A stretch of DNA of 47,786 nucleotides from Tannerellaceae bacterium (GTDB lineage Bacteria; Bacteroidota; Bacteroidia; Bacteroidales; Tannerellaceae): assembly GCA_036654795.1 (NCBI GenBank), contig JAVVRI010000002.1, positions 1-47,786 of the forward strand, written 5' to 3'. Shown piece by piece: positions 24,777 through 33,297 of the stretch. The notes beneath the pieces were generated by a model. The model was not told the DNA's origin. It searched no databases and saw only the letters and a program-made list of their open reading frames with translations. A program made the translations under genes and the position numbers. Each line of letters starts with the position of its first letter. Position 1 is the first letter of the stretch.

Positions 24777-25871
24777 ATGAATTATTGCGAAAAGATACAT
24801 TATAATATATATATTGCCAAGAAAGCAGACTTTTTGACGATGGTCGATGAATTGTTGGCTCAGATACCCGAGAATGAATCGCTTTTGCGGTTAGCGTTTT
24901 TTGGTACACCGAGTAGTAATGAGGAGTATGTTGATCGGCGCGTTTTATTACGTGAAAAGATACGTCGCCGGTATGGCAATCATGAACCCGTGTTGAGTTA
25001 TGTATCTCAGCCACCACTTCATGCAACATTGATATTGGAGGTGCATAGTTATATCCCTGACGAAGATGATCATATAACCTATAAGAGCCTGCGGGGTTTT
25101 CCGTATGTGTTATTAGAAAACAGCGAAGGGCGGTTCCTTTTTGCAGGAGGCTTTCATGGGGATGTAATCAATTTCGCGGTGGAACAGCAGTCGATCGAAG
25201 TGTTTCGACTCGTTGCCGAAGTGATGCGTCGTGAAGGTTTCCCGATTAATAGCATTATTCGCCAATGGAACTACATCGAACAAATCACTCGTTTTGATGG
25301 CGAGAACCAGCACTATCAGACCTTTAATAATGCAAGAGGTGACTATTATGCTATGACGGGATGGCCGGATGGATATCCGGCTGCAACAGGTATTGGGGCA
25401 AATCTGGGTGGTATTCTAGTTGATCTTGATGCTGCAGTTTTTAAGGATTCAACTTGTTTCGCTACGCCGATAGATAATAAATTGCAAGTAGCAGCTCATG
25501 CTTATTCGGAACAAGTTCTGGCATCTGCTCGTCATCGTAAAGCAACGCCGAAATTCGAGCGCGCCAAGAGCATGACTTTTGGGGATCGGAGGTTGGTCTA
25601 TATTTCCGGTACGGCGGCCATTCGGGGAGAAGAAAGTTTGATTGGAGTAGGACTGGCGCGCCAGCTACACATTACGATGGAAAACATCGACCAACTGATT
25701 GGTCAGGCGCGTCTCACGATGCTTAGAGTTTATCTGAAAGAACCCTCTTTTTATGAAGAGGCAGAGGACTTGCTCGAAGCCTATCATTTGGGAATACCCA
25801 TATCTTATATGTGGGCTGACGTATGTCGTGATGAATTGCTTATTGAAATTGAAGGTATAGCTATTGAATAA
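24777..25871 (+). CDS. FkbO/Hyg5-type chorismatase-like protein (YjgF/RidA-fold C-terminus)
   Basis: 364 aa. IRQWNYIEQITRFDGENQHYQTFNNARGDYY and VYISGTAAIRGEES...ITMENIDQLI...LLIEIEGIA match my recollection of the FkbO/Hyg5/XanB2 family. At minimum it contains a RidA-like domain. The start could also be an internal Met (MVDELL). Confidence 0.5.
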   Translation: MNYCEKIHYNIYIAKKADFLTMVDELLAQIPENESLLRLAFFGTPSSNEEYVDRRVLLREKIRRRYGNHEPVLSYVSQPPLHATLILEVHSYIPDEDDHITYKSLRGFPYVLLENSEGRFLFAGGFHGDVINFAVEQQSIEVFRLVAEVMRREGFPINSIIRQWNYIEQITRFDGENQHYQTFNNARGDYYAMTGWPDGYPAATGIGANLGGILVDLDAAVFKDSTCFATPIDNKLQVAAHAYSEQVLASARHRKATPKFERAKSMTFGDRRLVYISGTAAIRGEESLIGVGLARQLHITMENIDQLIGQARLTMLRVYLKEPSFYEEAEDLLEAYHLGIPISYMWADVCRDELLIEIEGIAIE

Positions 25872-25903
25872 ATAAATTTTACTAACATATAAACAAAGAG
25901 AAA

Positions 25904-26641
25904 ATGAGAAAAGGATTAAATGTGAAAACAATGGTAATGGGGATGTTATTATTCTCCATGGTGGCTTGCACTGGCAAGACAAATGGTACGGCTGATTCAG
26001 CCGCATGTGCTGATTCGACACAATGTGCCGGATGTACTACAGATAAATCTAACTGTAAAAATAATAAAGAGATGACTTACACTAAAAAGTACACAAACGC
26101 CGACTTCTACAAGGACGGCAAGTTTAATCAGGAAGTAGCCATGCAGGCTTACAAGGATATGTTCGAATTTTACGGCGTTCCTTTTACTGAGTTAATGGCG
26201 AAAGACATGTGGGTAACAGACTTTGGTTTGGGCGATTTCGAAAACGTAGGTATGGGTGGTATCTTCTGGGTAAACGATTCAGAATACAAGTATTTCGCAC
26301 ATGCTATCTATCTGTTGCCTAACCAAATGATACCCGAACATGCGCACGTAAAAACAGCGTTTCCTGCCAAACATGAATCATGGATGGTTGAAAAAGGCTG
26401 GGTCTATAACTTCTCTGAAGTGGGCGACGAAACGCCAAATGCACCTGCAATTCCTGCCGGTCATGGTCCTATCAAGAGCAAAAACTTCACTGTACAGAAG
26501 GTGGGCGACGTGCTTCGTTTGAAGAAATTGGAAACATTCCACTTTATGATGGCAGGTCCCGAAGGAGCTGTGGTTGACGAGTGGGCATGTTATCACGACA
26601 ACGCAGGTCTGCGCTTTACAAACGCAAAGGCAGCACTTTAA
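25904..26641 (+). CDS. Lipoprotein with a Cys-rich linker and a cupin domain resembling D-lyxose/D-mannose ketol-isomerases
   Basis: 245 aa. Lipobox LFSMVAC|TGK. Linker ...AACADSTQCAGCTTDKSNC. Cupin metal-ligand pattern PEHAHV...KHESW...FHFM. Confidence 0.45.
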   Translation: MRKGLNVKTMVMGMLLFSMVACTGKTNGTADSAACADSTQCAGCTTDKSNCKNNKEMTYTKKYTNADFYKDGKFNQEVAMQAYKDMFEFYGVPFTELMAKDMWVTDFGLGDFENVGMGGIFWVNDSEYKYFAHAIYLLPNQMIPEHAHVKTAFPAKHESWMVEKGWVYNFSEVGDETPNAPAIPAGHGPIKSKNFTVQKVGDVLRLKKLETFHFMMAGPEGAVVDEWACYHDNAGLRFTNAKAAL

Positions 26642-26658
26642 TTCATATCTCATAAAAT

Positions 26659-26699
26659 CGCCGGCAGACATTCCCTACTAAGGGGATTGTCTGCCGACG
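26659..26699 (+). terminator. Long imperfect hairpin after the cupin gene (no U-tract)
   Basis: CGCCGGCAGACATTCCCT / AGGGGATTGTCTGCCGACG give about 16 pairs with 2 mismatches and 1 bulge around a 4-nt loop. It is followed by TTAAAAAC rather than a T-run. Confidence 0.4.
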
Positions 26700-26728
26700 T
26701 TAAAAACAACCTTAGTAAGTAATAACAC

Positions 26729-29700
26729 ATGAATAAATATAACTTATTAGTGTCGCTTTTCTTATCCTCCTCTTTTCTGGTATCGGCTGTGCCAAAGCAG
26801 AAGACGGTGGAGACGTGGATTGATGCTTCTGTAAAAGCGAAATCAGAATTGCGCGCACAACTTCAGAAGTCAGGTATGCCTGTTCTGTCTAAATGGATGA
26901 AGCATAAAAGTAATGCTGCTCCCTTTGTTGTAGACCTTAAGGGAGTAGATAAGTTGGTGCTGATCACTTCCGGAGGCCCTGACGGTTCCGAATACGATCA
27001 AGCTGTATGGGGTAACGCCCGTTTAATAGCAGCCGATGGTACTTCGGTGTGGTTGGATGAAATTCCTTTTGAATATGGCATAGCTGGTTGGGCTAAACCC
27101 AAGATGAATATCAATGCCTATGATAAAGAAATTTACATCGGTGGAAAACTCTATCCGCATGGTGTGTTTTGCCATGCGAACGGTACGCTGGTCTATCCTG
27201 TAAACAATAAATATGTACGCTTTGAAGCCGAAGTAGGTATAGAAGATACCTCTAGCGGAGGGAGCGTATTCTTTCAGGCGCTGAATGTGTTTCCTAAAAC
27301 GATTGGGGATGCGTTGATCCAGAAATATCCGAGTCAGATCGGTTTGTTGAGTGCCGGTATGGATGGATTGGATACTTGGTTGATTACACCCGATGCTTCT
27401 GTTGAAAAACAGGCTGTAGCGGACGTAGTAGCCAAACTGAAAGATGGCTCTTATTTTAAAAATGCCATGCAGACGATTGACGGAGAGAAAGATCTGAACG
27501 CGCAAATACGTAAATACCTAGAACTGTTTGAAAAGGTACAGGATGTATATACAGTACAATGCGACTTGCAGTGGCTCAATATGGATGCTATCAAGTTGGC
27601 CTTCGACGATATGAAGAAACAGAAAGGCTTTGATGTTGCCAAATACGAACCGATGTACAAAGAATTATTGCAGCTTCAGCAGAAAGGCTTTACCGGTATC
27701 TATAAAGGGGATGCCACAGCATTGGCTGATGCCCGTAAGGCATTGGATAATAAGCGTTCGATATTACTTGGCAACCCGTTGCTGAATGGCGATAAGGTTG
27801 TAGCTACTCACTTTAAATTGGGATCGCGTGCCCGCCAAGCTATGGCTCCCGATTTGGGCACACAGGCTAACAACTGGAGTAATCAAGAGTCTGCTCGTCG
27901 TATCGGTTTTGATGCTGAGATTGTGGAACTGAGTAATCTGCGCGGTGACATCAAAACACGTAGCGTATACAAAGCACCGAATGCCTCTTCTATTGCTGAC
28001 CTGCGTCTGCATTGGGATGGCGACCGGATGATGTTTACACAAACAATGCCCGACAAACGTTGGAATGTATTTGAAGTGAAGATGGATGGAACCGGATGCA
28101 AACCGTTGATTGAAAACGAAGAGCCGGATCTGGAATTCTATGACGGAACTTATCTACCCGACGGACGCATTATTGCAAACTCGAATATTGGTTATCAGGG
28201 TGTTCCCTGCGTAAGTGGTGACGACCCTGTCGGCAACATGGTGCAGTACGATCCGAAGAGCAAGACGCTGCGTCGTTTGACTTTCGATCAGGATGCCAAC
28301 TGGAATCCGGTAGTGATGAATAACGGTCGTGTGATGTATACTCGTTGGGAGTACACGGACTTGACGCACTACTATTCACGTATCATTATGCACATGAATC
28401 CGGACGGAACGGAAAATAAAGCGCTTTATGGTAGTGGCTCTATGTTCCCGAATAGTACGTTCGACGTACAACCTCTTCCGGGACATTCTTCTGCTTTTGT
28501 AGGTGTTATTTCCGGACACCACGGTATTGCTCGCTCGGGGCGTCTGATCGTATTCGATCCGACAAAAGCTCGTAAGGGAACAGCTGGTATTGTACAGGAG
28601 ATTCCTTATCGTAATCGTCCAGTAGTAGAGTTAATAAAAGATGAATTGGTAAATGGCGTATGGCCTCAGTTCATCAAACCGACTCCGCTAAATGACAAAT
28701 ACTTCTTAGTTGCTGCGAAGTTAGATCAGCAATCCTTGTGGGGTATCTATTTGGTGGATATCTATGATAATGTAACTTGTCTGATGCAGGCAGAAGGCGA
28801 AGGTTTTATCAGTCCCGTTGTACTGCGCAAGACGGCAACACCTCCGGCCATTCCAGACCGTGTGAAGCTGAATGACAAGGAAGCTACCGTCTTTATTCAG
28901 GACATTTACGAAGGAGAGGGTTTGATGGGTGTGCCTCGTGGTATCGTCAAATCACTCCGTCTGCATGCTTATGAATATGCTTATGTGAAGACGACTTCCG
29001 ATCATAACTGGCATGGTATTCAGAGTGGGTGGGACATCAAGCGTCAATTGGGTACGGTACCTGTTGAGTCGGATGGTTCTGTGATCTTTAAAGTTCCGGC
29101 CAATACGCCTATCTCCATTCAACCGTTGGATGAAAACGGAGTTGCCATTCAATGGATGCGTAGCTGGTTTACAGCACAACCGGGTGAAGTAGTTTCTTGC
29201 GTAGGTTGCCATGAAGATCAAAATCAGATCCCGATGCCGAAGCGTGTCATTGCTTCTCAGAAGGCTCCTTCCCGATTGGCTACCCCTGAAGGTGGTGTCC
29301 GTTCGTTCACATTCGACCTCGAGATACAACCTATTTTGGATCGTGCTTGTATTGCCTGCCATAATGGTGAAGGTAAAGCGTTCGATATGCGTGGTGGTAA
29401 GAAGGATAAGCGTGGTTATGGTTCATCCTATCTAAACCTTCATCCTTACGTTCATCGTCAAGGAGGAGAAGGAGATATGGTCGTATTGCAACCTTACGAA
29501 TATCATCCCAATACCAGCGAATTGGTTCGTATGTTGAAGAAGGGTCATCACAATGTGAAACTGACCGATGCCGAATGGTTGAAACTTTATAACTGGATTG
29601 ATTACAATGCTCCGGATAAGGGTTATTTCAATGCCAATAAGATCACAGACTTCCCTTATAAGGGTTTCGATCAGATTGCTCGTCGTAAGGAGTTGACCGA

Positions 29701-30724
29701 CAAATATGCCGGTGGTGCCGGGGTCGATTGGAAAAAAGAAATCTCCGACTATGCCGGATACTTGAAGAGTAAAGGAGAAATCAAACCCGTAATGCCTGAA
29801 AAACTACCTCCTGTAAAGGAAAAGACAGTGAAGGTAAAGGGCTGGCCATTTGACGCAACTGCTATTAAAGCAATGTTAGCGAACGAAAAGGAAACTCGCA
29901 AAGAGATAGAACTGATGCCGGGTGTTAAAATGACATTTGTACGCATCCCTGCCGGTACGTTTGTTATGGGTAGTTATCAGGGTGAACCTGACGCTTATCC
30001 TATATCCAAAGTGAAGATTGCAAAATCTTTCTGGATGGCGGAAATGGAAGTAACGAACGAACAGTTCCGTACGATCTATCCCGACCATGACAGCCGCTTT
30101 GTCGATCAGATGTGGAAAGACCACGTTGTGCAAGGTTATCCTGCCAACAATCCGGAGCAACCAGTTATCCGCGTAAGCTATAACGACGCTATGGAATATT
30201 GCAAGAAACTGAGTGAAAAGACAGGTCTCCACATTACGCTTCCTACCGAGGCACAATGGGAGTGGGCTTGTCGCGCAGGTAGTGCTGAAGACTTCTGGTA
30301 TGGTAACATGAATGCTAATTTTGGCAAGTTCGAAAACCTGGCCGATGTTACGACACTCAAGTTTGCTGTAAGCGGTGTTAATCCGCAGCCGATGCCAAAG
30401 ACATCAAGCTGGTACAAGTACTATACATATCTTCCGAAAGAAGAAGGTGTTGATGATGGAAATCTGATTCAGGTAAATTCGAAAGCCTATCAGGCTAATC
30501 CCTTCGGATTGTACAGTATGCATGGTAATATTGCCGAGTGGACTCGTTCTGATTACGCGTCTTATCCGTACTCTGAAAAAGTTAAAACTCCTTCAGAATA
30601 CAAAGTTGTGCGCGGAGGTTCGTATATTGAGCGCCCGAAGTACTCTACGGCTTATTCCCGCAAGGCATATTATCCGTATCAACGCGTGTTCAACGTGGGC
30701 TTCCGGGTAGTGATTGAAGATTAA
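26729..30724 (+). CDS. 1331-aa secreted multidomain protein: NPCBM-like carbohydrate-binding module, helical region, TolB/PD40-like propeller, two CXXCH haem-c motifs (HzsA-middle-domain-like region), and a C-terminal FGE-sulfatase-fold domain
   Basis: Signal peptide MNKYNLLVSLFLSSSFLVSA. NPCBM-like segment YIGGKLYPHGVFCHANGTLVYPVNNKYVRFEAEVGIEDTSSGGSVFFQ. CVGCH lies at nt 29198-29212 and CIACH at nt 29348-29362. The FGE-fold covers about nt 29905-30721, with FWMAEMEVTNEQF, GLYSMHGNIAEWT, VVRGGSY and NVGFRVV. Confidence 0.7.
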   Translation: MNKYNLLVSLFLSSSFLVSAVPKQKTVETWIDASVKAKSELRAQLQKSGMPVLSKWMKHKSNAAPFVVDLKGVDKLVLITSGGPDGSEYDQAVWGNARLIAADGTSVWLDEIPFEYGIAGWAKPKMNINAYDKEIYIGGKLYPHGVFCHANGTLVYPVNNKYVRFEAEVGIEDTSSGGSVFFQALNVFPKTIGDALIQKYPSQIGLLSAGMDGLDTWLITPDASVEKQAVADVVAKLKDGSYFKNAMQTIDGEKDLNAQIRKYLELFEKVQDVYTVQCDLQWLNMDAIKLAFDDMKKQKGFDVAKYEPMYKELLQLQQKGFTGIYKGDATALADARKALDNKRSILLGNPLLNGDKVVATHFKLGSRARQAMAPDLGTQANNWSNQESARRIGFDAEIVELSNLRGDIKTRSVYKAPNASSIADLRLHWDGDRMMFTQTMPDKRWNVFEVKMDGTGCKPLIENEEPDLEFYDGTYLPDGRIIANSNIGYQGVPCVSGDDPVGNMVQYDPKSKTLRRLTFDQDANWNPVVMNNGRVMYTRWEYTDLTHYYSRIIMHMNPDGTENKALYGSGSMFPNSTFDVQPLPGHSSAFVGVISGHHGIARSGRLIVFDPTKARKGTAGIVQEIPYRNRPVVELIKDELVNGVWPQFIKPTPLNDKYFLVAAKLDQQSLWGIYLVDIYDNVTCLMQAEGEGFISPVVLRKTATPPAIPDRVKLNDKEATVFIQDIYEGEGLMGVPRGIVKSLRLHAYEYAYVKTTSDHNWHGIQSGWDIKRQLGTVPVESDGSVIFKVPANTPISIQPLDENGVAIQWMRSWFTAQPGEVVSCVGCHEDQNQIPMPKRVIASQKAPSRLATPEGGVRSFTFDLEIQPILDRACIACHNGEGKAFDMRGGKKDKRGYGSSYLNLHPYVHRQGGEGDMVVLQPYEYHPNTSELVRMLKKGHHNVKLTDAEWLKLYNWIDYNAPDKGYFNANKITDFPYKGFDQIARRKELTDKYAGGAGVDWKKEISDYAGYLKSKGEIKPVMPEKLPPVKEKTVKVKGWPFDATAIKAMLANEKETRKEIELMPGVKMTFVRIPAGTFVMGSYQGEPDAYPISKVKIAKSFWMAEMEVTNEQFRTIYPDHDSRFVDQMWKDHVVQGYPANNPEQPVIRVSYNDAMEYCKKLSEKTGLHITLPTEAQWEWACRAGSAEDFWYGNMNANFGKFENLADVTTLKFAVSGVNPQPMPKTSSWYKYYTYLPKEEGVDDGNLIQVNSKAYQANPFGLYSMHGNIAEWTRSDYASYPYSEKVKTPSEYKVVRGGSYIERPKYSTAYSRKAYYPYQRVFNVGFRVVIED

Positions 30725-30744
30725 AAAATGATGAACAGATAGTT

Positions 30745-30781
30745 GCCGGAGCGGGGAGGGTTTCCCCTTTACCGTTCCGGC
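30745..30781 (+). terminator. Terminator-like hairpin followed by a T-rich stretch
   Basis: Outer stem GCCGGAGCGG (30745-30754) pairs with CCGTTCCGGC (30772-30781), including one G-U pair. An inner GGG/CCC stem lies around a TTT loop. GATTTATCTTTT follows. Confidence 0.45.
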
Positions 30782-30815
30782 GATTTATCTTTTAAGATTG
30801 AACTAAAACGGTCAA

Positions 30816-33266
30816 ATGAAAACAACGCTCAACAGAATTATTTCCTCTTATGTGACGACTGTCGTCTTACTTTTAGTCTATGCCCTTGTCTTGGCATTGG
30901 CCACTTTTATAGAAAAGTATCACGGTACACCGGCGGCTAAAGCGATGGTTTACTACTCACCTTTATTCTTTCTGTTGCATTTTCTGCTAGTTCTTAATTT
31001 TATCTCAGCCCTTTTAAAGCACCAGTTACTTAAAAAACGTAAATGGGGATTGATGCTGACTCACCTCTCTTTTATTATTATTCTATTAGGAGCTTTGGTC
31101 TCTTTCCTTTTTGGGGAAGAGGGCATCCTTCATCTCCGTGAAGGAGAAAGCAGCGACCGTATAGCTGTTCATGCTGACGGTAAAACAACCTTTCACACGC
31201 TGCCTTTCAGTGTGGAGCTTGTCAAATTTAATTTAACCCGTTATCCCGGTTCGGCTAGTCCGTCATCGTATGAAAGCGAATTGTTGGTGCATGTGGACGG
31301 GACGACACGCAATGAACGAGTATTTATGAATAACATCCTTGACGTAAAAGGATATCGTTTCTTTCAGGCCTCTTATGATACGGACGAACAGGGGACTGTT
31401 CTCTCTGTAAATCGTGACGTAGCCGGAAGAAATATAACGTATACCGGTTACCTATTATTGGTGATCGGATTTATCTTTTGTTTTATTGGGAAAAACTCCC
31501 GTTTTATGAAGTTGAGCCGTCGGCTGAAAGAGCTGCGCGCTTCTGCTTCGGTTGTGGGGACACTTCTGTTGTTACTAATATCCACGGTTTCGCTGAGTGC
31601 GAAGGAAAGTGCTTCGCCTATGTTAGACGCTGTATTAAAGTATCAGATTAGTCCGGCTCATGCCGCCACCTTTGGTGCGCTGCCGGTACAGTTGGGTAAC
31701 GGACGTATGGTTCCGGTTAATACTTTCTCCTCCGAAATTCTTCGTAAATTACATAAATCAGAACGAATCGGTACGATCAACTCCGATCAATTCTTGTTAA
31801 GCCTTTTGGCTATGCCGGATATGTGGATGCGGGTGCCATTCATTGCTAACGGCAATCAAGAGCTCAGCTCGTATTACGATCTGAGCAAGGATGAATGCGC
31901 CTACATTGAGCTTTTCGATAGCAACGGTAACTACAAGTTACAAGAGAAGTTGGACGAGGCTTACAATAAAATGCCTGCCGATCGTAATCGCTTCGACAAA
32001 GACCTGCTCAAACTGGACGAGCAAATCAACATACTCCACCAACTGATGAATGAGCAAATGCTAAACCTCTTTCCGCGCGAAGAGGCGCCAGACCATAAAT
32101 GGTATGCTCCGGGTGATGATTTGTCCGATTTCAATGGTAAGGATTCGATGTTTGTTTCCCGCATTATGGACTGGTACCTGTCAGAGGTACAGACTGCTTT
32201 GCAGAGTGGCGAATGGTCGAAAGCGGATGAGGTCGTCGGCATGATCTCTACCTACCAACAGGCAAAAAACAAGACGCTAGATATTAGTCCGAAAAAGATA
32301 CAAGCCGAATTGAAATATAACAAAATGGAGGTGTTCCGTTATTGTAAGATTGGCTACTTGATTCTAGGCGGGCTCTTGCTGACACTTTCGTTCGTTATGC
32401 TTTTCCGGCAGCGGAGGTGGATGAAGGGAATGATCTGGGTGCTGGGTATTGGTGTGCTGATCGTTTTCCATTTCCATATGTTGGGGATGGGGATGCGATG
32501 GTATATTGCTGGTTATGCCCCCTGGAGTAATTCGTATGAAACGATGGTTTATGTGGCTTGGGCTACTATTTTGGGCGGTTTGCTGTTTGTGCGTCGTAGC
32601 ACGATCACTTTCTCGCTCGCCACATTGTTTGGAGGGATTATTCTCTTTGTTTCCGGTCTGAGTTGGATGGATCCGCAGATCAATCAGCTGGTGCCGGTGC
32701 TGAAGTCGCCTTGGCTGATGTTTCATGTAGCTGTCATTGTGGCGGCTTATGGTTTCTTTGGCATCAGTTGCCTGATCGGGTTGACGAATCAAGTAATGAT
32801 GTGCATCGGTGGTAAGAAAAGTCGCGCCTTATTGCGCAACCGCATACAAGAATTGACGATTGTAAACGAAATGTCCCTATTGGTCGGCTTGGCGTTGATG
32901 ACGATTGGCACCTTCCTTGGAGCTGTCTGGGCAAACGAGTCGTGGGGACGTTATTGGGGCTGGGATCCGAAAGAGACTTGGGCATTAATTACAATGGTGC
33001 TCTATGCCGTGGTTATTCATTTGCGCTTAGTGAAGCGCTGGGACAATCCGTGGTTGCTTAACTTGGGTTCAGTCGTAGTCTTCTTCTCTGTGCTGATGAC
33101 CTTCTTTGGTGTCAATTATTTATTGAGCGGCATGCACTCCTACGGTCAAAGTGATGTGGCGAACAGTTTGTTTGTCTATCTTTACGTGGCCGCAGGCTTG
33201 GTGGTAGTATTGGCCTGCTTTAGCCGCAAGGGATGGTTCAAACTTGAAGATAAAGAACAGAAATAA
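30816..33266 (+). CDS. ccsBA: Fused system II cytochrome c synthase CcsBA (ResB/Ccs1-like N-terminus + CcsA C-terminus)
   Basis: 816 aa. The N-terminus has TM helices and a large soluble loop as in ResB. The C-terminus carries the Trp-rich haem-handling motif WANESWGRYWGWDPKETWALI and multiple TM helices. Confidence 0.8.
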   Translation: MKTTLNRIISSYVTTVVLLLVYALVLALATFIEKYHGTPAAKAMVYYSPLFFLLHFLLVLNFISALLKHQLLKKRKWGLMLTHLSFIIILLGALVSFLFGEEGILHLREGESSDRIAVHADGKTTFHTLPFSVELVKFNLTRYPGSASPSSYESELLVHVDGTTRNERVFMNNILDVKGYRFFQASYDTDEQGTVLSVNRDVAGRNITYTGYLLLVIGFIFCFIGKNSRFMKLSRRLKELRASASVVGTLLLLLISTVSLSAKESASPMLDAVLKYQISPAHAATFGALPVQLGNGRMVPVNTFSSEILRKLHKSERIGTINSDQFLLSLLAMPDMWMRVPFIANGNQELSSYYDLSKDECAYIELFDSNGNYKLQEKLDEAYNKMPADRNRFDKDLLKLDEQINILHQLMNEQMLNLFPREEAPDHKWYAPGDDLSDFNGKDSMFVSRIMDWYLSEVQTALQSGEWSKADEVVGMISTYQQAKNKTLDISPKKIQAELKYNKMEVFRYCKIGYLILGGLLLTLSFVMLFRQRRWMKGMIWVLGIGVLIVFHFHMLGMGMRWYIAGYAPWSNSYETMVYVAWATILGGLLFVRRSTITFSLATLFGGIILFVSGLSWMDPQINQLVPVLKSPWLMFHVAVIVAAYGFFGISCLIGLTNQVMMCIGGKKSRALLRNRIQELTIVNEMSLLVGLALMTIGTFLGAVWANESWGRYWGWDPKETWALITMVLYAVVIHLRLVKRWDNPWLLNLGSVVVFFSVLMTFFGVNYLLSGMHSYGQSDVANSLFVYLYVAAGLVVVLACFSRKGWFKLEDKEQK

Positions 33267-33297
33267 CCTATATAAAAACATTTAAAACAAAGTAATC

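Noticed and set aside
29905-30721. The C-terminal FGE-sulfatase-fold domain as a true formylglycine-generating enzyme.
   Set aside because: The Cys pair expected between the RGGS motif and the terminal GFR motif is absent. No sulfatase gene is nearby.
30743-30940. A 65-aa ORF spanning the hairpin and the ccsBA start.
   Set aside because: It overlaps the terminator-like hairpin and the well-supported ccsBA N-terminus in another frame.
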